The translations under genes were made by a program, and so were the position numbers. Below the pieces are notes generated by a model. It saw only the letters and a list, made by a program, of their open reading frames with translations, ran no database searches and was not told the DNA's origin. A stretch of 49,514 nucleotides of DNA, taken from NCBI GenBank assembly GCA_050613775.1, contig JBODTK010000148.1:372001-421514 (forward strand). Reading direction: 5' to 3'. Below, piece after piece: positions 10,530 to 26,897 of this stretch; the stretch's first letter is position 1; every line of letters starts with the position of its first letter. Source of the stretch: Neocallimastix sp. 'constans' (taxonomy: Eukaryota).

Positions 10530-10900
10530 TTTATATATATATATATTTTTTTTTTCTATTTCCGTATTTCCGGTGTGTGTATCGCCCTTAGTTTCAACGC
10601 TCTTAGGGGTAGTGGGAATATTGAGATAATCACAACACTTCCTTATGCTTTCGCATAGGCAGATAATATCTCTGTTGGAAAGTCTTACTGAGTATTCAGC
10701 ATTTGGCGCTCTGACATACATATTTTTTCTGAGAATTTTTCTAGTACGTTTTTTTTCTCGGAGTGTTTCTCCAGTTCCCAAGCTTCCCTTTGAAATGAGG
10801 ACAGTATAACCAAACCCACTGAAATACGTAATAGCTCCTTTTGCAAATGTATAAATGTCATAAAGATTGTAATTTAATAGAATATATCTACATCACTTTT
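10530..10900 (-). pseudogene. Degenerate ORF of unknown family, copy A
   Basis: Reads YNLYDIYTFAKGAITYFSGFGYTVLISKGSLGTGETLREK..ILRKNMYVRAPNAEYSVRLSNRDIICLCESIRKCCDYLNIP. Clearly homologous to 15977-16404. The 5' part is disrupted. Confidence 0.65.
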
Positions 10901-11350
10901 ATCTTTATAGAAATTAATAAATAATAGTTTTATATATATATATATATGAATATATATAAATTCGCTCTATATATATTATTTATTAAAAAAGATTTATTCA
11001 ATTCATAGTTCTTTACATATATATATATAGGTACATTGTTATAGTTTCTTAAAAAAAAATTATATATAATTTCTTTAATATTATTTATTAATAGTATATT
11101 ATTATTACTATTAATATTATTCTATTTATTCTATTTTATTTTATATTATTTTATTTTATTTTTTATTTTTTATAAAACAAGTTTCATGATTAAAATTATT
11201 TATTTACTTATTTATTTATTTATTTATTTATTTATACTTTTATTTATACTTTTATTTATACTTTTATTTATACTTTTATTTATATTTTATCTTTTTTTGT
11301 TTTTGCTTTTGTTTTTGTATTTGTCTTTTTCGTCTTATCATTTTTTTTAA

Positions 11351-13929
<2,579 letters not shown>

Positions 13930-14016
13930 TTTTAAAAGATCATTAACAACATATTAATATTATAAGTTAATTCTATTTAAATAGATAATTTATTATTTAT
14001 TTATTTATTTATTTAT

Positions 14017-14070
<54 letters not shown>
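14017..14070. repeat. (TTAG)n microsatellite embedded in (ATTT)n
   Basis: Direct reading of the sequence. Confidence 0.95.
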
Positions 14071-14071
<1 letters not shown>

Positions 14072-14388
14072 TTTATTTATTTTTATTTTTATTTTAAGAG
14101 CGTAAACATCTTATTTTAAGAGAATAAGTATTAAATAAATAAAAATATTTTTTTAATAGTTTTTATAAGTTGTATTATTAAAAAAAATGAAATTAAAATT
14201 AAAACTAAAAAATAAATATTATTCCCAAAAAAAATTAATAAAAAAAAGATGATATTTGTAGGCTAGTTGATAGCCAATACCACAAAAGTCAGCTAGTTTA
14301 TGATAATAATTTTAAGGTATTTATTAAATTTTGAACAACATCTTTTTGAAATGTTGAATTTTTTTTTTTTTTTTTTTTGCAGTTACTG

Positions 14389-14597
14389 TTTTTTAGTAGT
14401 TATTTTTTTAGTAGTTATTTTTTTAGTAGTTATTTTTTTAGTAGTTATTTTTTTAGTAGTTATTTTTTTAGTAGTTATTTTTTTAGTAGTTATTTTTTTA
14501 GTAGTTATTTTTTTAGTAGTTATTTTTTTAGTAGTTATTTTTTTAGTAGCTACTTTTTTAGTAGTTATTTTTTTAGTAGTTATTTTTTTTTCTAGTA
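14389..14597. repeat. 15-bp minisatellite (TTTTTTTAGTAGTTA) x ~13
   Basis: Near-perfect tandem units with one variant unit; the array abuts the truncated LINE copy. Confidence 0.95.
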
Positions 14598-14598
14598 G

Positions 14599-15702
14599 GC
14601 TGAAGGCCTATAAGAAAAATAAATTTGAAAAAAACTAGAACTCAACTTTAAATATCCTTAATTTAGCATTGGCTTCCAATGGGTACTTTGTGCCAGATGT
14701 GGATATAAATTCGATGCTCGTGTTGCCAAAGTCCCCAATAGGATGGTAAACAAGTGACACAGAACGGTGTCCTTGCTGTTATAGAAAAAATAGTAATTCT
14801 TGATTGAAACATTGGTTTTCTAAATGCTATCTTTTCCGTGAATTTAGAATGAAATATTTTTAAGAATATTGAAATTCGTTATGAAAAATTTTTTATAACT
14901 TCTAAATATTGTCCAATATCAAATAGTAATACAAAACATTGTTATCTCAGATATGATTAATATAGAATCAAGTACAGATTCTGATAGTAGTAACGAAGTA
15001 TATAATATTAATGATAAATAACAATAGAAATAATATTGTGAATAATAATAGAATTAGTGATAGAGAAAATAGGAATATTAATTATTAATGATAGTGAAAA
15101 TAATAGTATTGTTACTTACTACTAATGTAGTGAATTTAGTTCAATTGGTGAAAATCATGTTAATATTAAGTAAATTTTTCTGAATAATGAGTATATAAAT
15201 ATATATGTGACGAGGTACCAATTATATAACATCCTTCTTGGTGAAAGAGATACAGACATTATTTGATTTAAATTATAAAAAAAGAATGGGATATTTCGTT
15301 TAGGAACCAAATCATTTCTTTCTGGTGACTATTCAAAAACGCCATTCTTGGTGCGATCTGCGGCTCTCTTTGCAAGAAATTATGCCTTAGGGCTAGTACT
15401 CGAAAAGGGTGGCTGTAAAACGCAAAATTAACCTGGAGCGTCAACGCTAAAAATGCCGTAGAACAGGCTAAGCAGGACCATTTTCTTTACAGATAGTCGA
15501 TTCAAACCTTAATCCAGAATAAGAATTCCCATTTATAACAGAAATCTTATAATTTTGAAGGTGAGATTCGTTGCCTATGAATTTTTTTCTGAATTTATTA
15601 ATACATTTTATTTTTGAATATAACTTTTTTTTTCACATTAATATTTAAAATATTATTATGTTCTAATTGGATAATAAATATTTATTTTTTTTATTAATTC
15701 TG

Positions 15703-15734
<32 letters not shown>

Positions 15735-15787
15735 AATCATATAATTAATAAATAAATATAAAGTTAAAAAGTTCGCAATAGTTGCGA

Positions 15788-15819
<32 letters not shown>
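14599..15819 (+). mobile_element. 5'-truncated copy of the same LINE family (CCHC region, 3' UTR, A31 tail)
   Basis: Colinear nucleotide similarity to 3761-4958 (e.g. AATTTAGCATTGGCTTCC..TGTGGATATAAATTCGATGC, CCATTCTTGGTGCGATCTGCGGCTCTCTTT, GGAGCGTCAACGCT), with many indels. Poly(A) at 15789-15819. Confidence 0.93.
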
Positions 15820-15823
<4 letters not shown>

Positions 15824-15976
15824 TAATGCATTTGAATTAATTTTATTATATCAATATTTTAATATACTTACTCTAATTACTTTATTAATTTTTATTAAAA
15901 ATTTTGTTATATCAAAATTATATAGTCATATCATATTTATTTAAAATAATATTTATTTATCTATTCATGTATTTTT

Positions 15977-16404
15977 AGTATTTCCTGTATGTACAGCCCA
16001 CTGTTTCAAACCTCTCCCCCCTCAGGGGCAATAGGAATATTGAGGTAGTCACATACTTCCCTATAGGAAGATATTGTCCCTTCTGAACAGCTAATGAGCG
16101 TTCAGTATTGGCGCTCTAACATGCATATTATTGATGAGAATTTTTCAAGTACTTTTTCTCGGAGTACTTCTCCAATTTCATAACTTCCCTTTGAAGCAAG
16201 GGGTTTGATATAACCTAACCCATGATAATTCATATTAGCTCACTTGGCAAATGCATAAACGTCAGAAAGATTGCAATTATAGTAGAATATATCTTCATCC
16301 CTCTTAGAATACATATCTACATGGAACCATAAAATCATGTACCCAAATGCTAGTATTTCCCTCGTAAATATATTAAATTATAGCGGGATCGAATCTATGA
16401 CCAT
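15977..16404 (-). pseudogene. Degenerate ORF of unknown family, copy B
   Basis: From ATG at 16404 it reads ..DEDIFYYNCNLSDVYAFAK*ANMNYHGLGYIKPLASKGSYEIGEVLREK..ILINNMHVRAP..SYREVCDYLNIP, with stops and frameshifts. Homologous to 10530-10900. Confidence 0.65.
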
Positions 16405-18167
16405 ATTTATTTATTTATTTATTTATTTATTTATTAAATATGAATATATATTTTTATATTTATCTATCTATTCATTTATTTATTAAATTTATATATATCA
16501 AATTTATAAATACAATTGTATATTAATAAAAATATATTGTAATTAAGGATTATATTTTATATATATATATATAAGTATATTATATATATATATATTTTTT
16601 TTTTTCTAAAATAACAATTTATAATAAAAACTAAATAATTTTGAGAAAAAGAAAATACTTTAATTAAATATAATTTGTACTTTTTCTTTTTTCTTTAATT
16701 ACACCTAAATATGATAAAGTTAATACATACAAAACATAATAAATATAAATCAATATATTCGATAGTTAAAACTCTATTTAAATTCAATAATTAAATTAAA
16801 ATATATATAAATATATAAAATATTAAAAAAAAAAGTAAAAAATAAGTTAAAAAATAAATTCTTTTTTTTTTTTTTAAAAAAAAAATCTGTTTCTATTTTG
16901 TAATATATATATTCTCCTTTTATCAAATTTTTTTTTCTTTTAAATTACTTTGAAAAAAGAGTATTATGCTTAACCATAGTAAAACAAAAAAAAAATATTA
17001 TTAATTATAAATTTTATATATAATTATATTTACTATTAATATTTAATAAATATTCTTTATTATTATTATTATATTATTATAATGATAAGGAAGATTATTT
17101 ATTAGAATTGATCATTTAATTAATCATCAACTTGATATTTAATATTTTTAACATTTGTTTATTAAATAAAATTATACAAATTATATAAAAGATGGTTAAT
17201 AATGGAAAAAATAAATATAAATATATATATAAATACTAAATATTAAATATTAATAGAAAAAAGAAAAGTATAAAAAAAAAAAAAAAAAAAAAAAAGAAAA
17301 AGAAAAATAATTTAACTTTTTTTGGAATATTAAAATATATTAAAATATTAAAAGTTTAATTGATATAAAAATTTTTGTTTCTATTATTAAAATTTAATTT
17401 ATTATTATAATAATTCTAATTTTAATATTTTATAATTTTATACTATCCATTATTATTTTATATTATTTTATATATTTTATTTTCAATATTTATGATTGAA
17501 CCTATAAAATTCCAAGAATTTATTCTAATTAATATTTATATATATATATAGAGAGAGAGAGAGAGAAAGAGAAAAAACTAATAAGTTAAAATGAGGAATA
17601 ATACATTATTGTGTGTTATTTGAATTATAATAATTTAAATACAATATTAATAATAAAGTTTAAATAGATTTTATATGGTTTAAATTACATATTTTAGTAT
17701 TTCATTATTTAAATATTAGAATAAAAAGAAAATATAAAACTATTTTTCTATATGTCTATATCTATAATAATGAACTTTAGTTATCATATTTATATAAATA
17801 TAATTTTATATTTTCTAATATTTTTTTTTTGAAAGTTTAGAATAATATTAATAATAAAAACGAAATTGACATTAAATAAAAATAAAAATAAAAATAAAAA
17901 TAGAGAAGACATAATGCTAAAGATGATTATTCTTATTGGCTTTTTTTTTTTATTTTAGCTTTTAATAAACTATTATTAATCTAATAACTTTTTTTTTATT
18001 TCTTTTCTTCTTTTCTATAATAAATAATAATAATTATATTTAAACTTTAATACAAACAAAAAAATTTTTTTTTCTTTTCTTTTCTTTTAATAATAAAATT
18101 TTTGAATGTGTTTTTTTTTTTTTTTTTTTTTTTTGTTAAAGTTATTTAATTAAGAAATAATAGGAAT

Positions 18168-18203
<36 letters not shown>

Positions 18204-18980
18204 TTAGATATATTGAAAAGTTAAAACCAATAAATATTAATTAATCAACAGACGAATAAAATAAAATAAAATATAATTTATTAAAAAAAAAAAAAAAGAT
18301 CCATTACAATGTAATCTTAATAGATACTTAACTCTTCTTATTATTTGCAATGATTATGTGTAGTAATTATATAATTTATTTTTTTTTATTTTTATTTTTT
18401 TTATTTTTTTTATTATACTATATATTTTTTTATTGGTGCATTTTTATTCATCTTTAAATATTATAAATGGTGGAATAATAATTGAAATTATTAATAAAAT
18501 TTTCTTATTATTTAAAACTTTTAAATATCTAATTATAATAAGGAATAATTAATTAAAATTATAATTATATTTAAATTATTATTCATATTTCATTTAATTA
18601 TGTATATTATTTATAATTTACATTTTTTTATTTTTTATTTTTTATTTTTTTTTTATACTATATTTTTTTTTTGTTTTCATAGTAATGTAGTATAGATGGA
18701 ACAGTATAATAATTTATCAAATATAAAAAAAAAAAAAAATAGTTCTCCTTCTGTTCAAAACATTATATATATACTTAATAATTAATAATATAAATATATG
18801 CAAAAATATATATATATAAATAAATAAAAAGTTTTATTTTTTTTGGATTATTGATAAAAATAAAAATTAACTAAATAATAATAATAAAATAATAATAAAA
18901 TAAAATATAAATAAATATATATATATATTTATTTACTTTTTAATAATTTCTATTTTTATTGAAGGGTTATGATATTTTTT

Positions 18981-19100
18981 TTTTCATTTCTTTATTTAAA
19001 AAAGATAAATTAAAAAAAAAAATTTTTTTTATCACATTAAAGTTTTAATTTTAATTTAAAAAAGACATAGCCTCTATACAAAAAGAAAATGAAAATAAAT
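18981..19100 (+). repeat. Dispersed ~120-bp repeat, copy 1
   Basis: TTTTCATTTCTTTATT.AAAAAAGATAAATTAAAA...TTAATTTTAATTTAAAAAAGA.ATAGCCTCTATA.AAAAAGAAAA is shared with 33242-33365. Confidence 0.8.
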
Positions 19101-19332
19101 AAATGTAAAAAGAAAATGTAAATAAATAAAAGTATAAATAAATAATTTGGTTAAATTTAAACAACAACTAAAAAAAAATATATATATATATATATGTTTT
19201 TATTAAATGATAAATTTAATTTTTGAACTATTAAATTTATAATAAAGTTTATTATTTTTTTTATTAATTTGATGGCTATTATCTACTTACATAGATCTTA
19301 TATATTTATAAATATTTAAATATCAATTTTAA

Positions 19333-19363
<31 letters not shown>

Positions 19364-20154
19364 GTATATAAATAAATAAACAAATAAGTTAAAAATTGTA
19401 TTAATTCTATAAACATGAATTATTTTTGTATATACATAAACATAATAAATTGTGTTTAATATTTATAATTATTATTATTATTATTATTATTATTATTTTT
19501 TCATATAAAAATTTTTTTGTATTTTTTTCTTTAATTTTTTTTTTTTTTTTTTTTTTACAAATTTTAATTATTTGTATTTTTTTTTTATTATGGAAATACA
19601 TTTTAGTAAATAAAGTTCATTCATTGTATAATGAATTAATACTTTTCCTTTATTGAGTCAACTTTTTTTTTTTTTTTTTTTGTTTATATATATATATAGT
19701 TATTGCAAAAAAAGGTATATATTGAATTTTCCATTTCATTTAAACAGCATCATATTTATACTAATAGAATTTCTTTTCTTACTATACCGCATTACTGAAT
19801 ATCTACCAAACTAAATTTATTATACTTTCATTTTAAATAATTGAGCAGAAAAACAAAAAAAACATAATAAACAACCAACAAACAACTAGCAAAAATGAAC
19901 AATATATTAAATAATTGAAATTTATTATATATTAAAATATAAATTGATATATTCATTTTTGTTTTATTATTAAAAGAAAAAAAAATTTTATTTAATTTAT
20001 ATTAGTGGTATATTTATTAATAATTAATAAAATCTTATTATGATTACTCATCTTAAATTTAATTTTAATAAATAATTAATTATATTTTATATAAAATATT
20101 TAATAATGAGAATATCTTTGTCTCATAATCCACTTCATATCTTCATATACTATA

Positions 20155-20510
20155 AATAAAATAAATAAAATATTTAAATAAAATAAATAAAATAAAATAA
20201 ATAAATAAAATAAATAAAATATTTAAATAAAATAAATAAAATATTTAAATAAGATAAATAAAATATTTAAATAAAATAAATAAAATATTTAAATAAGATA
20301 AATAAAATATTTAAATAAAATAAATAAAATATTTAAATAAGATAAATAAAATATTTAAATAAAATAAATAAAATATTTAAATAAGATAAATAAAATATTT
20401 AAATAAGATAAATAAAATATTTAAATAAAATAAATAAAATATTTAAATAAAATAAATAAAATATTTAAATAAGATAAATAAAATATTTAAATAAGATAAA
20501 TAAATAAATA
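20155..20510. repeat. 23-bp AT-rich minisatellite (AAATAAAATATTTAAATAA(A/G)ATA), roughly 13-14 units
   Basis: Direct reading; units differ at an A/G position. Confidence 0.9.
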
Positions 20511-22874
20511 AATAAATAATTTTTTTTATTATTTCCATAATATTTCAATTTATATTTAATAAATTATAATTAATAATTTTTTTTTAAAAATAAATAATAT
20601 TTTTTTTTTTAAAAAGCATATTCTATAATTCCATTTTTTTTATTTGATTTGCTAAGAATGTTATAGTAAAAATGTATTAAACATGTAGAGTGAACTTGTT
20701 CTTAATATTAATTATTGAATTTCAAATATTAAAAATTAGTTGAATATACATATTTATATATAATATTAAGCTTTGTGTATATATATATATAAAATATAAG
20801 AAAATTATTTTTTTTTATTGTATATACATATGTATTATATATATAATTTAGAGATAAAGAAGGAAAGATAGAACGAAAATAATAAATTATTAAGTTTAAA
20901 GATGATATTACTAATATTATTATTCCATTATTAATTAATATAGTTAAAAAAAAATAAAGTCAACTCCTAGAATTTTTTAAGATATATTTATATATGAATT
21001 TTCTATATTTTGCAAAAACTGACTAATTTATTAGGTAAACTTTATTACATAAAAAATGAGCATTATATATATATAAAACTTAGTTACATATTTAGTATCA
21101 TTGATGATACTTTATTATTCGTTCACACAAAAGCTACATTATACGGTCTTCTTTGGTTGGTTTTGTTATACAATATGAATCTCCTGAATTTTTTTTTTTT
21201 TATTTTTTAGAATTTTAGAATGACTTAAAGAACAATAATTAAAATATTATATATTTAAGTTTTTAAAATTTTTATTATAACAAATTAAGATTTTACCTAT
21301 TAACTCTTAATATCAATTATTTATTTTAATATTTAATATTTATTTATTTACTTAAATATATTTATTTAAATATATATCTATTTATCTATTTATTTATATA
21401 TCTATTTATATATTTATTTAGATTTATTCATTTTTCAGTTTATACAAGAAATCATCAAATTCTTCCTATTTTAGGTATTTTTTTTAAAAAAAATTAACAA
21501 AATAAATAAATAAATAAATAAATAAATAAAAATTTTATTATTATTATTTTTTATTTAATGTTTTTTTTTTGTAATTTCAATTTCGATCTTCCATATAATA
21601 AAATTTAAAATAATCATAAACTTAAAATTTAAACTCAAAAGCTTATTTTATTTTATTTTATATTATTTTTTATACATCATTTCTTTTATGTTATTTATTT
21701 CATTTTTTTATTTTATTTCATTTCTTTTATTTATTTCATTTCAATTTTTTCATATCATTTTTTTTTTTATTCAATATTTGAAAGCTGATTTAATTCATAT
21801 ATGAATATATTTCTATTATAAATATTATTATAAATGTTAAAACAAAATGAACTTAACCTCGTATAGAATAAAAAAAGATTATATTTATTTTTTATTTTTA
21901 TTTTATTTACAAAATGATGTGGTTTAAACTTTATTTTAATTAAATAAGGATAATATTATAATAAATTATTATATCATATATCATTGGCATATAATATACA
22001 TATAATATAATTTTCATTATTATAAATATATATATAAAATAATATACAATTTAAAATAATATAATCATACAGTATAAAATAATATATCATGAAAAATAAA
22101 AAATAAGAAATAAAAATATTAATTAGAATTATATCAACAAAATTTAAAAAAAACTTTAATTAATATAATTTAAATGTGTTAATGTTTATTTAATATTATT
22201 TAATATATGTACAAATGTTTTTTATTTAATAATTTAAAAAAAAAAAAGAAAAAGAATATACTATTTTTTAATTTAATTCAATTTAATTTAATTTATTATG
22301 ATTTTTAAGAAATCGATTGATTCTATTTTATTATTATTTTTTATATATTTTCATATATATATTATAAATTATATATTTTATACTATATATTAATACTATA
22401 TATTATATATTATATAATATATTATTTGTACTTTTTTCTTTTTTATTTATTTATTTATTTAATTTTATTATAGATCTATAGGAAATAATAATAAAACAAA
22501 ATTAAAAAATAATGACAGTTTGTTTTGCTTTTTGGAATATGGAACAAGAATATAATGCTTTATTGTTTTATTTTAATTATGATATTATATAATATAAAAA
22601 AAAATAATAAATATTAATATAGAACATTAATATCATTTAGTATGATATCAAAATATAAAGCATAAAATAATTTATGAAGTAATATTGAATTGATTACTGC
22701 TTTTTATTTTTTTATTTTTTATTTCTTATTTTTTAACAGGTCTTTATACCATAATTATTTCTTGTTCATTTTTGTTTAATTATTTTTTCCTTTTTATTTA
22801 TTTATTTATATTTATATTAATTTATTTATTTGTGTTTATATTAATTTATTACTTTTTATATATTTTTTTATTTA

Positions 22875-22954
<80 letters not shown>

Positions 22955-25522
22955 CCTTAATTCTTTAATATGAATTTTATTATTGTACTAATACACATAT
23001 TTATATATTATATATATATATTTATATTTTTTTTATTATAAGTTTCCTGTTATTCAAAATTCTTTATTTATTTTTTCTTGCTTATATACATTTCACAAGA
23101 TTTACCTACACAAATTATTAATGATACATAAATAAATTTTAATAATTAAAAAAATACGAATATATATGGATTTAAATCCTATATTTTTTAATTATATATT
23201 ATAGAAAAAATAGAAAAAGATAGAATGAAATGGCATAAAACTACAATATTTAATAATCAAAATATTATTTTTTTTTACGAACAACTTTACTAAAATTCAT
23301 TATATTTTAATTTACTTGTGGAATATATTCATTATTAATAATCTATTATACATAATAGTCCTATATTAGCAACAATGGTATGGAATTTTTTTTTATTTAA
23401 AAAAAAAAAAAAAACTTAATTTTAATTTTGTTTAATATTATTAAGGAAGTGAACTATGGAATTTAACTATTTTATTAATCTAATAAATTTATTATTAAAA
23501 TTATTTATGAGTTATTATTATTATATTTTTTTTATTTTATTTAATTTTTTTTTTTGAAAAATTAATACTAACACCAAAAATAAATATCATATTCTATTAA
23601 AATACAATAATAGTATTATATTATTTCATAAACTCTATAACTATAAGAATATCTTTAATATTTTTTATTTTTATTTTTATTATTATTATTATTTTTTTTT
23701 TTTTGGTTTTAAATAAAATCATAACTATAATTAATAAAAATAAATGAAATAAATATTCATTTAGTTGAATTTTTTTTTTTTTTGTATATAAAATAATAAT
23801 ATAAAAATAACCAAAATAAATGAGTATAAAAAAAACATTTTATATTACATCATAAACATTTATAAAAAATAAATAAATAAAAAAAAAACAATTTTTTTAT
23901 GTTATAAAATGTTCATAAATTATAAATTAATATTTCCTAGTCTTAAAATAAAATTAAATAAAATAAAATAAAATAAAATAATAATTATTATTAGTATTGA
24001 TATAACTTAGTTTTAACTATAGTATTTGTATTTGTGTTTAAGGCAATATTGCTTTTGTGGTTGTAATAATGAAAAAAGATTGGTGTGACGTTTAGATGAA
24101 TCATTAATTATTAATAATTAAAAGTATATATTTAAATATTTAAATATATATTTTATATTTGTATTGTTGAATATATATTAATATATATAGATATATATTT
24201 TACATATATTTAAAGATATTTATACTTTTTATTTTTGGTTTGTTTTATTATATTTTATTATATTTTATAATATATATTTTTTTTTTAAAATAAGGATATT
24301 TATTTGAATATATTTGAAAATTTTTTTTTTATTTTTTGTAAAGATAACTCTGAAATAAATAAAATTGTATGCTCCTTTTTATATAAAGATTATAATAAAT
24401 AAATATATATATATAAGACAAACAAACAAATAATAATAAATAAACTAATAAATAAGTAAATGAACATATAAATAAATAAATTATTAATAAATATATAAAT
24501 AATCATTAATAAGTAAATAAATTAATAATAGATAAATAAATTATTAATAAATAAAATAAATAAATAAATAGTAAATGAATGAATGAATGAATAAATAATT
24601 AATAAATAAATAAAATAAATAATTATATAAATGAATTAATACATTAACATTTCCAATGTTAGAGTTTATTGCTTTGTGACACAGTAAAAATTCTATTAAT
24701 ATTTAACATATATTTTTAATATATTGTAATATACTAAAAGAAGATTTTATAATATGAAGATAGTAAATAATGGATGTACTAAAATTTAATATTTTCTTTT
24801 AATTTTTATTTTTATTATTATTAATTAATTTTGTGATACAATTCTAAATAATATTAAAATAAAATGGAAAAATTTTTTTTTTAAAAAATATATACAAATA
24901 ATTATTATACTTTTAAGTTTAAATTATAATATTGGTTGGAATGGTACAATATTTACTATTTAGAAAAATAATTTATTTTTTCTTTTTTTCTTCATTTATT
25001 TATTGGTAAACCCATTTTATTGATATATATTATGTAATATATAATAAAATATATTGCACTAAATTAATCTATATAAGTAAATATTTTATAATAAAGTTCT
25101 CATCAATAAAAGTGTTTATGGATTATGTATTACAATATATTTAATATATAAAAGATTTAAATATATAATTTTAATTTATATTAAATTTTAAAGTCTTAAT
25201 TTTATTTTTTTTTTAAAAAATTTAATTATTAAAAGATTATTTATTTAATATTTCCTTTTTTTTTCTATTTCCTTTTAGTTTTTAAATTGGATTTCCAAAA
25301 AAGGATATAAACTTTAACTATCTTTTTTTTTTTTTTTTTTTATAATTTATTTTTAGTATAAATATTCTCTTTTTTTTCCATAATTTGAATTGATTTAATA
25401 TTATTTTTTTTCTACTTTTCATTTTTTTTTAATGATTTATACCAATATCAAATATAACAAATATTAATAACTTTTTTTTTATAATTTTTTTGTTTTATAT
25501 TTTTTTGTATTTTTTTTTTTTT

Positions 25523-25563
<41 letters not shown>

Positions 25564-26897
25564 CTTTTCTTTTGAAGAATTAGAAAAAAAAATATGCAAT
25601 ATTTTTTAAATACATTTAAAAAAAATATACAAATCATAATAATAAATAATATAAAATTTATACTATTTGAAAAATAGATATTTTTTTTTTATGTATTAAA
25701 AATAAAATAATAAAGTTAATAATAAAAATAACAGCAATAACAAAACAAAACAAAACAAAACCAAAAAAAAAAAAAGAACTTAATATTGAAATAATTCGAT
25801 GATATAATTTTTTTTTTGTAAAAAAAAGAAAAACATGGATAATTAAATTAATAGTAATATTATAATATCAAATAACAAAAAATACTGTTTTATTTTTAGA
25901 TACTTTATAATTTTAGAAAAAATTTTAACAAAAGTAATAAAATTTATAAATTATTAAGTTTCTGAAAGTAAAAAAAAAATAAAAAACTAAAAACTACAGT
26001 TAATAAATAAATTTTTTGTAATAAAATTTGTAAATAGAAATATTTTAGAAGTAATTTAGTCATTGATAGTTCATATAGTTTCAATTTGATACATTTAAAA
26101 TATATTCAAATAATATTTTTTTAATATAATCAAAGAAATAGTAAATTTAAATAATTACATTTATTTTTTTGGTTGTTAATATTTTTTTTATTTCTAATAT
26201 AATGTTTATCTGTTTTTTATTATTATAAAAAAAAGATATTAATGTATAATTAGAAATATTTAAAATACAATAAAAAAGTTTATTAAAAAAAGAAAAAAAA
26301 ATTCAAAAAAAAAAAAAAAATAATATAATCAATTTTATAAAATTAAAACAAACTTTCAAAATAACTTTAAAGCAAGCAAGCACTAATAATATTAAAAAGT
26401 ACATTAATAATAAATTATTTATAAAACAAAAAAAAATATAAAAAATATTTTTATTTCTCATACATACAGTCATATCTATTTAAATATTAAATATAAAAAA
26501 GCGTAGTTATATTCTAATATAATATAATTTAATATAATAATATTTTTATTTATCAATATATTTTTTTTAAATAATAAAACTTCTGTTTCATTGAAATATA
26601 AAATTTAATTTTTGTATTATAGAAGTTATTTTTTCATTACAAGTCATAAATAAACAAAAAAACAGAAAAAAAAAAAACAATAATAATAATAATAAAAAAA
26701 GAGAATATTTTTTTTTCTCATTTTAATTCATTTACAAAAATTCTATATCTATATATATATAATATATATTATTTTAAAAAAAATTAAATAAAGAATAAAG
26801 AGTAAACAGTAGTAAATATATATAAGATTAATAAAAAAAAATTTTTTTTTTCTTCAAATATTATTAATAAATTTATACTTTTATTCAATATAACAAT

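Noticed and set aside
14017..14070. Possible interstitial telomeric repeat
   Set aside because: The unit is TTAG, not TTAGGG, and it grades into (ATTT)n; an ordinary microsatellite variant.
14300..14638. (VVIFL)n and (SSYFF)n ORFs, or a CRISPR-like array
   Set aside because: A 15-bp tandem minisatellite with no unique spacers and no cas genes.
21010..21210. 66-aa ORF with a TTG start
   Set aside because: Short, no ATG, no motif and no convincing splice partners.
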